Assembly: GCF_009914755.1 (NCBI RefSeq)
Contig: NC_060928.1
Direction: 5' to 3' (one strand)
Length of the DNA stretch: 64,000 bases
DNA from: the human T2T-CHM13v2.0 reference genome, Homo sapiens
The position numbers and the translations under genes were made by a program. A model generated the notes under the pieces. The model was not told where the DNA came from. It made no database searches and worked only from the letters and a program-made list of their open reading frames with translations. Of the stretch, positions 12,913-27,983 are shown in pieces (positions within the stretch are counted from its first letter, which is position 1; each line of letters starts with the position of its first letter).

Positions 12913-13829
12913 ATCCTTGATCCATGAAGGTTTTTCTAGAAAGAGTTTCATGGTCACGCTTGCCAAATCCTGTATTTTTCTTCAGGATGGTCAAAATATC
13001 TATAAACATATTAGCATCTTAGAGAAAATTTGCAGTAAAGAAACCGACAATTTTCCACATGTATTTGATCATGGAGACACTTTTGGAGTAACCCCATTAA
13101 TTAATAATCCTGAGAACATACATGAATAAACATTGCTCTATGTTTATTTTCTTAAAACACAGATTTTACCATTGCGCTTACCTACTCAAAAACCTTCAAT
13201 GAATCTGCCTATTTTTTTTCTAGTAAAATGTCCTTTTGAAGATCCTCCACAATGCAACCTGCTCTTTTAGTCTGATTGTATCTTTGCTGTTTCCCAGTGT
13301 AGATCCTTGGCTTTCATAAAGGTCAAACACTTTACTCTTTTCTAAACAAGACTTACTCAAATTTCTAACTATAATCCTCTACTCCCTTTGGTCTCTATAT
13401 ATCCACACACTGGGTAAGCCATTTAAACTCTCCTCTTCACCATGTTTCCCCTGAGCATTCCAACTCAAATTAGTTGTTCCCATATAACACATGAGGACCT
13501 GACCTCAGTAGACACTGTACCACGAGGAATATGTTGGTATATTTACGTATTGTCCAGAAAAATAAAATTGTTGTGGTAAACAAGTATATCTTGGGTTTTA
13601 TATAACTTTTTTTTGGTCTAAGAATATTTTAAAATATTACATTTAAAGCCTGGCTTAATGTCTACTAAAAATGCATGTATTATTAATGAATATATGCAGT
13701 TTTCTAAGAATGTAGGGATTTTACATGAATTGCTAACATTGGTACACTTCAAAACTGAAGAGGTAGAAGAGCATAGGAAATTTCAGTGAATAGTAAAAAG
13801 ACGTTAATTTGACTAACTTAGTGCATTTA

Positions 13830-14028
13830 TTTTTTTTGAGACAGGTTTTTGCTCTGTCACCCAAGCTGGAGTGCAGTGGTGCAATCATAGCTCACTGCAA
13901 CCTCTGGTTCCCAGGCTTAAGGGAGCCTTAGTCGCCCAAGCAGGTGGAACCACAGGTATGTGCCACTGTGCCCAGCTAATTTTTTAAATTTTCTTCAGAT
14001 ACTGGGTCTCGCTATTTTGCCCAGGGTA
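13830..14028 (-). mobile_element. Truncated old Alu (AluJ-like)
   Basis: Poly-T, right monomer (gcaatcatagctcactgca), linker and a short piece of left monomer. Absent at the mirror site ~49720. Confidence 0.85.
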
Positions 14029-15397
14029 ATACTTGATACAGTTTTAAGATATGACTTCACAGCTTGTACTTATTCACAAGTATATACTGGAATATACTAT
14101 TTTTATTCAGCATGCCAAAAGTGAAATATTGATGTGATATATTTGGGGATAATTGCATTTGTGTGAAAATTCTTTTAAATATTTTATCCACACCAGCAGA
14201 TTAAAAGGGACACAAAAAATACCTTTAAATGCATCTATGAGTTTTTGAGCTAGAAAGTAAGACATGCAAAATCTCTAAATTTGAAAAGAAGATTAGATGA
14301 AAAAAATAAGAAATAAAGAAAAGCTGAGATTTGACCAATTTGTCAATTGCGACTCATAGAGGAGATTCTTGCCATATGGAAATACTGTAGTTAGTAAACG
14401 ATAGTTTTCCCCTCAGGATATTCAAGCACAATATCTATTTGAGAAAGGCAATTTATTTCTTAATTTTGAAGAAAGATCCTACGGACTGATAAACTGTGAA
14501 AGGACCCAACAGTGTAATCTAGAGTGAGTCAAAGGCAATTCGACTTTCTGATACTGGCCTTTACCACAGCTGAGAGTAGGACTGTGTAATCGTTAATCAG
14601 TCTGCATGTACTGGTATACTTAATATTAAAGGTTTCCAAAAACAGAGGAAGGGTACATAAGATGGATAACATATATTCCAGAGGGAAAAAATTCATAAGC
14701 TACCTGTGTCAGAAAACTAATTTTTGTTGATGGTGGGGATTAATTACTATGATATATTGCGTGGAATATATATACACACACAATTTTTATTTCACAAAAG
14801 CAGCATGTAAGACTTTGGGGGATGGAGCGTATATTAATGCAAAAAGCCACCTTTTGATCAGAAAGCACTGGGCACGGCCTTTCAAGTTTTTCTACACTTC
14901 TTTCCACATTAGCCAAATGAGCCCGTGCTCTAAAGATCTGTAGTTAATGCTGATTCTATTTTCCATTTTTATTCTATGTTTTATTTGTCCATAGCATCTA
15001 GGAAAACACTCATTTTTTCCCCCATAGTCCTCAATGTCAATCTTAATTTTTCTGGCTTAGTCCCTCCAAAGAATGAAATTGTTCCTTGGACAAGTAAAAG
15101 AAAATTCTAGAAAATAAAATTGTCAAAGAAGAATTATAATTTTCTAAAATAGAAAAAGAGAAACTACATTGTGAGCTTTTTTTCCACAGATGTTATAAAT
15201 TTTGTTGGGAGGAAATGCATAATTATTAGAATCTTAACAAATATCACCCTATTCGTTCTGCAGCAAAGAACAGAGCTCCATGGGAGGAAATAATTTGGAT
15301 TATCTACAGTAAGGTTGGGAGATCTAGGAAGAAGGACCTAGGAAGAGGCCACCACTCCCAGCCTCTCCAAAGATTTTTGATTAAAAAAATCTTGTTA

Positions 15398-15742
<345 letters not shown>

Positions 15743-16697
15743 TTATTCATAGTGTCCAATATCATACAACATCAAAGCACTAACATTGGAACATTTGATT
15801 ATTGTCCCATGTTCAATTAAACAATATTTAATATAAATGTGCATACTATTTTACCTATTCTATGGGTCATTTTTTGATATTATGGTATCTTCTCTTTGTG
15901 AGTAAGCTAGTACTTGCTCTTTCAATTGGCAAGTTTTTGTCCAGTTCCCTACCTCTCCCAAAAAGAGCTTGTAAAGGTGGATGCCTAAAAATAATTAACA
16001 TGCTGTATTTTCTGCTTTGTGATATCAAGATTAGGCCAATATTTAAATATGTGTTCTAGTACTTCTGATTTGAAAAATAATTACATATTAAATTAAATAA
16101 TCTAGATCATTGCCCGATTTAAACATTTTATATTATACTGTGTGCTACAAAGAACAAATTAAAAACTTTCTAAAGAAGGCAAATTTCTACTTTTCTATGC
16201 TATTACTCATGATTATGTTTCAGATAAAACTGGGAAATACAAAGTTTTGTTTCTTCAGAATAAAAAATGAACTAGCTGGGAAATTTTAAAAGAAATAACA
16301 ATAAAAACACTGACAGAATAATGGTTACCTCTGTGGAGTAAAAAGGTAATGGGATAGAGAAAAGCCGAAAAAGAAACATCAAGCATATGTATACTATTTC
16401 ATTAGTTTAAAAAAGACTTAAAAATTCTAACATTATGTCATATGCTTCAGTTACCTATAAAAATAGATATCACATAAATATAGCATATGCATGACTGCGT
16501 GTGTGCGTAAGTACATACATGTATGTGTATAAACATACAAAACATTGCTCAATAACTAAACAACTACAGAAATTTTTATCACAACTTTCTTGTCTTATGT
16601 TTTTGTGATTTCTCTATATTGATGCATGTGGATCTGATTTACTCAGCCTAGTTGCTATACAATAGTATTCCATTATGTGAATAATGCATTAATCTCT

Positions 16698-16698
16698 G

Positions 16699-16737
<39 letters not shown>
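16698..16737. repeat. (GATA)n tetranucleotide STR
   Basis: Directly visible. Confidence 0.95.
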
Positions 16738-17229
16738 CAATATAGATACATATACTGATCAAACTTCCTGGAGGTTTGCCTAGATTGTTAGCTTTCAAAG
16801 GAAGTTTTAAAAAATCATCTCCATTAACTTTTTTCTAGATTGTGTTTTGTTTTTGCAATTATCTTCAACTTTCTTACTGTTCTTTTCAATTCTCTAGCTA
16901 GCTTCTTAGATTAAATGCTTATTTTTTGTAATGAAGATATTGGGGCTACTAATAACTTCTAGATATTGTTTTAGCTGCACCTCACAAATTTTGATTTTGT
17001 TTTTAATATTTTTCATATTTTAGTATTTTTACTATCATTCACCTACTACATTTTATAGTTTTCTTTGTGACTTTTTTTTAAGCCATTAATTTTTTGGGCT
17101 TTGATTTTTATGTCTTCCAAACTGTGACCTTTTAATTACTATTTGTAAGTTAATTTCTAATTTAGTTTCCTCATGATCAGATAATACAGTTTAAATGATT
17201 ATGATTGTGACTGAGAGCATATACTTTTT

Positions 17230-19230
17230 TTTGATACCTTCATATAATATGTAGAGATCAAATCAGTGTATCTGGCATATGCATCACCTTAAATATTTTC
17301 CTTTTCCTTATGCTAGAAATATTCAAATTATTCTCTTCGTCCTACTTTGAAATGTACAATAAATTATTATAAACTATAGCCATCCCACTCGTGTAACACT
17401 AGTTCTTATTTCTTCTATCAAACAGTGCATTTGTACCCATTAATCAAATCTTTGTCATCCCACCTCCCACTAACCTTCCCAGCTTCTGGTAACCACCAAT
17501 CTACTCTTTATAATCGTGAGATCCACTTTCTACCTCTCATGTATGAGTGAGAACATGCAATTTTTATCTTTCTGTGCTTGGCTTATTTCTTTAAATATAA
17601 TTATCTCATATTATATTAATGTCGCTGCAAATGACAGGATTTCATTCTTTTCATGGCTAAATAAGATTTTATTGTATATATATACCACATTTTCTTTGTC
17701 CATTCATTCCTCAATGGGCATTTAGACTGTTTCCATATTTTGGCTATTTTGAATAGGACTGCAATCAACATGGGAATGTAGGTATCTCTTTGATATATTG
17801 ATTTCCTCTTTGAGGAGACATATATTCAGTAGTAGAACTGAGGGATCATATGCTAGCTCTATTTTTAGTTTTCTGAGGGACCTCCATACTGTTCTCCATA
17901 GTGGTTGTAAAAATAGTGTACGAGGGTCCCCTTTCTCCACATCCTTGCCAGCATCTGTTATTTATAGTCTTTTTGATAAAGGCCATTTTAACAAGGGTGA
18001 GAAGCCACCTCATTATGTTTTTTATTTGAATTACTCTGATGATTAGTGATGAGCATTATGTCATATGCCTATTGGCCAACTGTATGTCTTCTTTGGGAAA
18101 TTGTCTATTCAGATCTTTTGCTCATTTTTAAATCAGATTTTTTTTTTTTTTTTTTTTGCTATTGAGTTGTTTGAGTACCTTATGTATTCTGGTTATTAAT
18201 CGTTTGTCATATGGGCTATTTGCAAATATTGTCTCCCATTCTGTGGGTTATCTCTTCATTTTCAGTGTTTCCTTTGCTGTACCAAAACTTTTTAGCTTGA
18301 TGTAATCCCGATTGTTTATTTTTGCTTTAGTTTTTTATGCTTTTGAGGTGTTTGAAAAAAATATTTGCCCAGATCAATCTCTTGGAGTGTTTTCCCTAAC
18401 TTTTCTTCCAGTAGTTTCATAGTTTCAGTCTTAGATTTAAGTCTTTAATTCATTTTTATTTGATTTTTATGTATGGTAAGAGAAAGGGGTCTAGTTTTAT
18501 TCTTCTGCGTATGGTTATTGTTTCCTCAGCACCACTTACGTCCTTTCCCTATTGTATGCTCTTGGTGCTTTTGTCAAAGATGAGTAGGCTGTAAATGTAT
18601 GGGTTTATATCTATGTTCCCTGTTCTCTTCTGTTGATCCATGTGTCTGTTTTCATGCCACAGCCATGCTGATTTGGTACCTAGAGTTTTATAGTAAATTT
18701 TGCAGTCAGGTAATGTGATGCCTTCAGCTTTGTTCCTTTTGTTCAGGGTTGACTTGACTCTTCAGGATCTTTTGTGATTCCATATATTTTAGGATCATTT
18801 TTATTGTTGTGAAGAATATCATTGGTATTTTCATATAAATATTTATATAAATATTCATATGTATTTTATATAAATAGTCATACATTTTCATATAAATATT
18901 TATATCAATTTATATTTCATGTAAATGGTTTGGGGTACTATTGTCATTTTAACAATATTAATTCTTCCAATCCATGAGCATGAAATATCTTTACACTTTT
19001 GTGTATGTCTTCTTAAGTTTCTTCCATCAGTGTTGTATAGTTTTCCTTGAGAGATCTTTCACATCTTTGGTTAAATTGAATCCTAGGTATTTTATATTCT
19101 TTGTAGATATTGTAAATGGAATTGCTTTCTTGCTTTATTTTTCAGATTGCTCACTATTGGTGTATATAAATGCTACTGATTTTTGCATGTTGATTTTGTA
19201 GCCTGCAACTTTACTGAATTCATTTAATCA
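17230..19230 (-). mobile_element. L1MA-like 3' part (ORF2 C-terminus plus 3'UTR)
   Basis: Antisense L1 ORF2/3'UTR sequence; same position as the arm B L1MA. Confidence 0.88.
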
Positions 19231-20101
19231 ATATTTCTCTTTAGGGTAGTAACACATTATGAGTATGTGAGAGCTTTCCTATAAAGTATATAATCTCTGA
19301 AATATATTTAGATTGATAATATACTTATCTGAATGCAATTCAACCAGTAAAGGTGAAACTTCTCTGTTTCACAACTATTCTCCTCCAGCTTTTACAATAG
19401 TATAGTACAAAGTACAAAATATAGAGCATACAAAAAAAAGAACATTTCTATTAGTGTTCCTTTTATAAAGTTAAAAAAGGAAAACAAAACATGTTATGTA
19501 TAGTTAAAACAGAACATGTTATATAGTTTAAAAAGACATCTTGAATTCATTTATTTATTTATATTTTATTTTTTCAAATTCTGTGTATGACCTTAAGGAG
19601 ACCATATCCAAAGCATTAACAGAAGAGACTGTTCAGTTGATTAAGATGGGAGCATAAGTGCTTGAGAACAATGAATGGTGGCAGCTGGATCTCCTGCTAA
19701 TCAAAATGACAACATACTATTTTTAAACAAACATAAATGGAAAGTAGGACATGTGTAAGAAAACTTAGCTCTTTTGGAAGGAAGAAAATTTTGTTTTTTT
19801 AAGTAATCAAGGACATAAAGTAACATAAACATACAATGTTAATCTGCTAAGAAAGAGAATCTCAGGTGTTTATAATTTTACATCACTTAAAAGCAGACTG
19901 AATACTCCCACATCAGTTTGTCATTTTAACAGAGGAAACCATGTTAACATAATATTTTAGCAGTACAGAATTCATGGGGCTTTTTTATCTTATAATTAAA
20001 CTCATAAAAGCTGAGTTAACACTGCCAAAATTTTAATGGCTTTCATTGCTTTTCTTCAGACTCACTTGCAAGTGTTATAAATTAAGGCAAATAAAGTTTA
20101 T

Positions 20102-20329
20102 ACAAGTGGTGTCCAATCTTTTGGCTTTCCTGGGCCACATTGGAAGAAGAAGAATTTTCTCGGGCCACACATAAAATACACTAACACTAACGATAGCTGA
20201 TGAACTAAAAAACAAAATCACAAACAAAATCTCGTAATGTTTTAAGAAAGTTTACGAATTTGTGCTGGGCTGCATTCAAAGCCATCCTGGGCTGCACGTG
20301 GCCTGCAGGCCGTGGGTTGGACGAGCATG
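20102..20329. mobile_element. MER30 (hAT-Charlie MITE)
   Basis: ggtgtccaatcttttggct...acactaacactaacgatagctgatga...gggttggacgagcatg, with terminal inverted repeats. Confidence 0.88.
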
Positions 20330-20989
20330 CTTTATATAAACCTTCTAAACTTTCTCTGTCCATAAAGATTTTTCTTTCACTACCCTCCATAGCTTTCTCA
20401 ACAACCAGACTCTTTGTTTTAAGATAAAACTACTCTCTTTTCCCACTGATGAATAAAAACACGTTCAAATACTTTGCATACATACTTGGTCTTTTCTGAA
20501 ACCATTGCTCCCAGGATAACTTCTACATTCATCTTTAGCCAAAATATCTAATTTCTCTTTTACAAAAAGTTTGGAAGTAATTGAGCACACAAAACAACTA
20601 CTTATAGCTGCATTCGCCATTTTTACACCTTCTTAAAGTGGAAAAAATGAACATGTTCAAAATTATAATCAAAAGGAATAAAATTTTATAACATATGCAA
20701 ATAATGAGCAAAAATTATGGTCTAATATTTCAGTATTCTATCTTGCATAGAAATTATCCAAACATTCAAAGATTATCCATTAATTTACTGTTAGACTAGG
20801 TTCCTAAAGTTAACTAAAAAATGTGAAAATTAAGCAGCCTTACCACTTAACATAATTACTGTTGAATAAAAAGTTTTTCAGAATTATATTTAAATTTAGT
20901 TAAATACTATTTTTTTAATTTTTAAAAATGTTTATAGATTCATGAGGTTCATATCCTGAGGTACCTGTGTATTGGAAACGAAAGGAAAG

Positions 20990-22415
20990 GAAACAATCAA
21001 CAATTGCTGAAACAATTGTATAGCAAAGTAAATAATCAATAGAGAAGAGACAACCTACAAAATGGGAGAAAATATTTGCAAACTATGCATATAATAAGGT
21101 GTTAACACACAAAACATATAATAAATCAAATAACTCAATAGTAAGAAACATAGCCAGATTAAAAATGGGCAAAGGGCCAGGTGTGGTGGTTCACACCTGT
21201 AATCCTAGCATTTTGGGAGGCCGAGGCAGGTGGATCATTTGAGATCAGGAGTTGACCAGCCCGGCCAACATGGTGAAATCCTGTCTCTACTAAAAATAGA
21301 AAAATTAGCTGGGCGTGGTGGCGGGTGCCTGTAATCCCAGCTACTCAGGAGGCTGAGGTAGGAGAATCGATTGAACCCAGAGGCTAAAGTTGCAGTGAGC
21401 CAAGATCGTGCCATTGCACTCAAGACTGAGCGACAAGAGCACAACTCTGTCTCAAAAAAATGGGCAAAGAATATGAATACATAATTTCCAAAAGAAGATA
21501 TACAAGTGGGCAACAGGTATATGAAAAAAAAGATCAACATCACTAGTAATCAGAGAAATGGAAACTGAAACCACAATGGTATATCATCTCACACATGTCA
21601 GAATTACTATTATCAAAGAGACAAAAGATAAGTGTTGATAAGGATGTGAAGAATAGGGAACCCTTGTGCACACTACTGATGGAAATATAAATTGGTAGAG
21701 TCACTACAGAAAACAGTATGAATGTTCCCCCCAAAATTAAAAGTGTATCCATGTGATCCACAATGTCACTGCTGGTTATATATCTAAAGGAAATGAAATC
21801 AGTATGCTGAAGAGATCTGCACTCCCATGTCCATTACAGCATTATTCACAATAGGTGAGATATGTGTCGACCCAAGTGTCCATAATGGGTAATGAATAAA
21901 GAAAATCTGGTATATATACATAATGAAATACTATTCAGCTATAAAAAAGAATGAAATTCTGCCATGCCATTTGCAATAACATAGATGAACCTGTGACACT
22001 TTATGTTAAGTGAAATAAACCAGCAACAGCAAGACAAATACCACATTATTTCACTTGCATGTAGAATCTAAAAAAGTCTAAACAAAGAGTAAAATGGTGG
22101 TTACCAGCAGCTGACAGGTGGGAGGATTGGGAATTATTGGTCAAAGTGTATTAACTTTCAGCTGGACAGGAGGAAAAAGTTCAAGAGCTCTATTGTACAG
22201 CATGAAGGCTATAGTTAATAACAATAAATTGTATACTTAAAAATTGCTAAGAGTGTAGATTTTAAATGTTCTCGCCACACACACAAAAATGCGTGTGAGG
22301 TAATGTATAATGTAAAATAGCTCAATTTACCCATTTCACAATATATACATATAACAGAACATTGTGTTGTACAACATAAATATATAACATTTTTACTTGT
22401 CAATTAAAAATAAAA
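20990..22415 (+). mobile_element. L1MA/L1MB-like 3' end, interrupted by an Alu
   Basis: aaatgggagaaaatatttgcaaac...aaaattgctaagagtgtagattttaaatgttctc...aattaaaaataaaaaa. Confidence 0.85.
21175..21460 (+). mobile_element. Alu (AluS-like) with TSD AAAAATGGGCAAAG
   Basis: Full dimer; TSD at 21161-21174 and ~21456-21469; very short A tail. Confidence 0.95.
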
Positions 22416-22439
22416 AAGCAGTTTAATGTCTAATAATAT

Positions 22440-23350
22440 TTTAATATATGTAAAATAGTATTGAATCTGTGTAAAACTAAAACATAGCTACGAAGCTTAC
22501 AAAGAAAACTGGTATAAAATAAGAAAACTGGTATACAATAAGAATAACTGATAAACCCATAATTATAGAGAGGGATTTTAATATACCTTTCTTGAATATT
22601 TATAGATAAAGCAGACAAAGAAATTAGAAAGGTTAGATCAAGCAGTCAAAACTCAGTAAGCCTGGTCTAACAAGCATGTAGAGTACCCGACAGATAGGGA
22701 GCACATTCATTTCCGGGATACCTGTATCAGTTCTTACAGCAGTTCTCAACAATTGAAATGTGACGTATTGGCAAAATGCAATATAATTATCTACCCACAA
22801 CATATATATTTGGGAAACTGAAAACTACACTTCTAAATCAGTCTCAAGTGAAAGAATACATAATAAAAGTCAGAATATATATAGAAAAAAATGAAAATAC
22901 CATATCTCAACACTTGTGCAATGGTGCTAAAGTAGTACTAGAGAAAGATTTACATCATGCTTTGCATATAGTATGCATCTATTAGAAACAAAGAAAGAAT
23001 GAAAGTGTGTGACCTAAGTACGCAATGTAAGAAAATAGAAAAAAGCAACTGTGTACACGAGGAAAATAGAATGAAGGAAATGATCAAATTAAGAACAAAA
23101 ATTAATATAGGTCAATTTTACTTATGAACATTAGAAACAAAAATGTATGAAATGTCAAAACAAATCAAGGAATATATACATTTTAAAATGTTGAGATACT
23201 AAGTGTCAGTGGGGATATGGAACAACTGAAACTTTTATACACTGCTCCACTGCTAGGATGAGAAATTGTTAAAAAACACTTTGAAAATCTCTTAGCAAAT
23301 TTTAATAAATTCATAAATTGGGAAATATATCCAAATGAAAGAATATCTCA
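22440..23350 (+). mobile_element. Ancient L1M ORF2 fragments
   Basis: A-rich, degenerate L1 endonuclease/linker-like sequence. Confidence 0.5.
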
Positions 23351-23434
23351 GTATTACATTTAAGAATGTTCTAATAATTCACAAACACCTCAATTCTTCC
23401 TCTCAGTTTTCTGAACTGAAATTTTTTATTTACA

Positions 23435-23860
23435 AGAACAAACATTTACTGAGTGTCAATAATTAGTGAGGAATTGTCCAACATGCTGGAAACACACGAT
23501 TATGTACAAGACAGAGTTCATGCCATAAGGGGATTCATGGACAACTTCAAGGACAAACCTGAAACTACTAATAGATAAGAATATGGAAGTACCATAGGTA
23601 TTTACAAAGGAATATGATGAAAAATAAATTGGATATAAAGATTAATTCTGCTAATTCTGCTCAAAGAGGTATGGACAGAAGGTGCCCAGAAAATACTCCC
23701 CAGATGTGATATTTAAGTATGATCTTGTAGGATGAATATGCGTTTTCCTTGCAAATAGCTTCTGAGGAGGGGTGAAGATAGAATTTTAAATAGCATCAAC
23801 AACTGGAAGAAAGTTTCGAAGATAAGAAAGTGCATGGTATGTTTATGGGGTTTGTGTAGT
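23435..23860 (-). mobile_element. L2 fragment
   Basis: aacaaacatttactgagtg... typical of an antisense L2 3' end. Confidence 0.55.
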
Positions 23861-23879
23861 GATGAAAGAAGAAGCTGAG

Positions 23880-24000
23880 AAATTACCCAGGCACAGTGGT
23901 GTGTGCTTATAACCTCAGCTGTTGTGGAGGCTGAGGTGGCCCTATCACTTGAGCTGGGAGTTTGAGACCAGCCTGGGCAACAGAGCAAGACCCCTGTCCC
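23880..24000 (+). mobile_element. Alu monomer (FLAM-like)
   Basis: caggcacagtggtgtgtgcttataacctcagct...gagtttgagaccagcctgggcaacagagcaagacccc. Confidence 0.8.
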
Positions 24001-25539
24001 ATGTCTACATATACATGGCTAAATTGAATGATATGTATGATATTAGAAGGAGTAAAATAGCTACTATGAAATTACCAGTACATCAAATTGTTTTAAATCC
24101 ACTGCTGAAAGAAATGATAACTCATTTGCAAAAGAATGTCATGTGACTACTTGAAATTCTAGAGGTAACATATATTACTAACTGCTTAAACATCCCAAGA
24201 AATTCCTACTATTTTAATTCAAAAGATTTAGATCATTTTAAAAAAGAATTTTGGTGAGGATAAAATGGAAAAGTCTGAAATACTATGTGTGTGTATGTTT
24301 TTCTTTTTTAAGTATGTGTTATCGCATATTTAAACACAACTACCTGTTGGCTGTTGAAATAAGTAGCATGCATTTTATAATGAAAAGAATTGTACTATCC
24401 TCTTAGTCCTGTGTTTAATATGCTTAAACACATACAAAAGCCCAATTTAATAGAGCTAATAAGCTTAATATTTTTAATTTTTTAATTTAAATCATATATT
24501 AGGGTTGTTTGGGTTACATACAACAGATATCCACTTGGGTTTCTTAAACCAAAAGAGGGAATTTGTAATAAGGATATTCAGGGATGGTGGAATTCCCAGG
24601 GTTACTTGAACAATCAAGACCCAGGAAGAGTAATAATAACGACGAAAGCTCCAGGGACCTCAGAAATAAGAGTCCTGTGTCTTCTCAGTTCCATTCTCAG
24701 GAATCTAATTCACTGTTGGATCCATCAGCCTTGGCTAGCCTGGCAGGGCCATAGAGAAGAGCAGCAAGTTAGAGCAGTAGGGGGCTACTTTGCACTGGAT
24801 AAATATATCCATGAGAAAATATGAATTTCACACGTTTCTTCCTCCAAATAGGGGTTCCAAAGAATTAAAACATTTTGTTTTATACACAGGTGAATGAGTG
24901 AGTCTAAAGTTCTTGTATTCTTTTTATCTCACTGAACTTATATATCCTCTTTATCCTAACACTTGGCTATAAAGAAAAGGTATGTAAAAATAGCACAGGC
25001 CAAGTTCAAACATTTTCTTTATGTTTTGTTTGGGAAAATACCTGACATAATGTTTGTCAGAGGCAAAATGTAACAGTTGCCAGGGAACTACAGTCAGTGG
25101 CTATAAAAAGATGAAGACAGGTCTTGTATTAAATGTTACCCTTAGCAAGAAAATCCAGCTAAAGAATGGCAAATGAGATGGATGTTCCACACTTATCTAC
25201 AAGGGATATGGTGAAGAGGTATTCGGTTTGCAGAATTCAAACAGTCCCTGTTTAAGTTTGAATGTAGACTTTCTCTTTGGTTGTGCTAAGAAAAGGAGAT
25301 GGATTTGAGTCATGGGTCATGGGCTTTGCACTTCCCTCGGCTAAGAAAAAAAAAAAAAGCTTGAAGCAGCTCAGGAAAGAGCCCAAATTTCACACGTGTG
25401 GAACTGGTCTGAAGCACTGGAGTGAGTCCCAACCCTAAAGAGTACTGTAAGGTTAAAGGGATCATGTTACCTGAGGTCTCTGGAAAAGCCCCGAAAAGAG
25501 AACATTGCAGTTCATAACACAGGCCAATAGCAGGTCACG

Positions 25540-25750
25540 CTAACTGAGGGCCTATTACATCCCAGACAATTCACTGACAATTCTCTTGCTTTATTTTAAT
25601 TAATCTTCAAAACAACCTGAGGTAAGCATTATTCTTTCCTACAGTTTACAGTTGAAAAAAATTGAGTCTTACAGAAATCAAGCAGCTTGCTCCAGTAAAT
25701 GAGAGTCAGAATCTGAACCTTGGGCTCGTGCTTTTAGGAGCCACGTTCTC
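25540..25750 (-). mobile_element. MIR
   Basis: ttaatcttcaaaacaacctgaggtaagcattatt...tttacagttgaaaaaaattgag, antisense MIR core. Confidence 0.7.
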
Positions 25751-27239
25751 GTGACCACACAGACATCCTCCCCTTCTTAAGAAAGCACCAGATGTCCTTG
25801 GAAATTTATGCCTTTAAACGTTGGCTCTGGAAAGTAGTGAGGGACTGACAAGTGGCCCCACATGAGACCCAAGCCTTTGAACCATATGAATTTACTCTAA
25901 TACTCCCTATAAACAGATGTCAGCATAAAGAATTTAAGAGGAAAACCAGTCCCTCCATTGTTAAAAGTTTACCCTAAAGTATACCAAGTGATGACAGTTT
26001 CTCAGGCAGCACCATCCCTTAGTAAAGCTCTAACTTTGTGCCATATTAAAGATATGTTAGCTTTACTGGGGTTACGAATTTGATTATTTTTAAATGGTTG
26101 GCAATTTAGCAGGTCATATTTGCCAACCCCTTAAGGCTTTTCTTGAAACTATAAGAAAAGGTACTCCTCACTTCTGCAAGTGTGACTATTTCTCTATTGT
26201 ATACCCATCCAAAACAGGGTTGCAGCTCCATGTTCTCATTTCTATGTTTATATATTAGAATCAGCAAGGATATTTACTATTGTTATGAGCATGCATGACA
26301 AAATTTTTCATTATAATTATGTATAACTTTTAACATTTATATAGGTATATAATTTGTATGTTGTAGTTCATAATTACAGAAATAATATAATTATTATAAT
26401 TAATAAATTTAATAACAGGAAGTAATTAGTATTTTATAGAACCGTAAATTCCCATATGTGTTTTTTTCTTTTACACATTTTTTGCTTCCTAATTTGTATA
26501 CTGATTATTTATGTATCTCCTCAACTATATTATAAGAACAATTAGGTAAGGACTGTAACCTAATTGTAGTCCTAGTTTTTGTGCCACAGTGGTATTTATC
26601 CTAGTTACGCTGAGAGGTTAGTAGTCTTTAAATTTTATACCTGAAGTACAGTACGTTTAAAATAGTTTTGAGATACATATCTGAGTTTCTCTATCATAGC
26701 AATACCTTCTATTTTTTGTTTTTCTTCCAGAGCCTTGTAAATTGCTTCAGAGAAGGATTTTTAAAACTAGACATTGTACACCTCTTCCATAATTTTTGCC
26801 AAATATGTCACTTACACTATTATCTAATCGAGTAATATTTTCTTTAAATAAACTCACGGCCTTACCTAGAATGCTGTCTATGATGGAATTGTGGAACACT
26901 TGCAAGTGGATATCTTGCCTTAAATAAGTATTGGTAAAAATTAATACACTGAAAACAAAATTCTAGCTTTATATTCTTACCTGCCCTTAACTGAACTGAG
27001 GGGAGAGAGAGAGAGAGTAGAAATTATTAGAGAAACATGACATACACACTGGTATTAATATGAGACTTTATCCTTCACATAATTAGATTAATTGGAAGAA
27101 AGCTTTAAAGGGTGTAACTTTTGAAATTATCTAATGTGCGCTACTTAATATCATTTTGCTTACTATCTATAATATTGCTTACAGCCATGGCCCACTTTGG
27201 GAAGCATGCATTATCCCATGACCCCCAAACAGAACACAC

Positions 27240-27440
27240 ATCAGACCTGAGTTTATATCATGTCTTCTTAACTGTTTGATCTTTGGCAAGATACTTAATT
27301 CCTTTAAGCCTTGATTCTTAATCATAAAAGACGGATAATAATATTTACATTTGAAGATCACTTTGAGAATTTATGAGGTAATAATCACACCGCGTCTAGT
27401 CCTGTGCCTAGAATTTATTAAAAAACATGAAGACCTACTA
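27240..27440 (+). mobile_element. MIR
   Basis: tcagacctgagttt...tttggcaagatacttaatt...ataaaagacggataataata. Confidence 0.7.
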
Positions 27441-27945
27441 AATGCCAGTCACTCTCCTTGGTACTCATGGTACAGAGGAGCACTTGACTGAGAAGCGTTC
27501 TGCTTTTAGCTTCTTTTGAGGAAAAATCAACTACGAACATCTCAATAAACAAGCAAAGTCATTTCAGGTGTGATAAAAGGCTCTGAAGTAAATAAAACCA
27601 GTCGATATGAAAGAAAGTGACTGCTATTCAAGAAATACTCATTTCCATCCTGACTCTCACCCCTATATGATTGGTATTTAGTACACAGGAAAAAAAAGAC
27701 TGCATTAAGAATATGCTTGCTTATTTATGTCAGGCAGGTGCAAACAGTGAGTGCAAGTAACAATGGCAGCTAAAAACATATATAAATACATGGCCCTAAT
27801 ATTAAGCTTCTGGATTAAGAAATTTAAGATCTTCCTTCTGAAGTTATTTTCTGTAGAATGTCTGATCTTCTCTTAGAAAACATTTAATTGTTCATGTCAT
27901 GCAAATTAAATACAGTTAGAGGTTTATCACCTACTTTTGTCATGG

Positions 27946-27948
<3 letters not shown>

Positions 27949-27981
<33 letters not shown>
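27949..27981. repeat. (TG)n microsatellite
   Basis: Directly visible. Confidence 0.95.
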
Positions 27982-27983
<2 letters not shown>

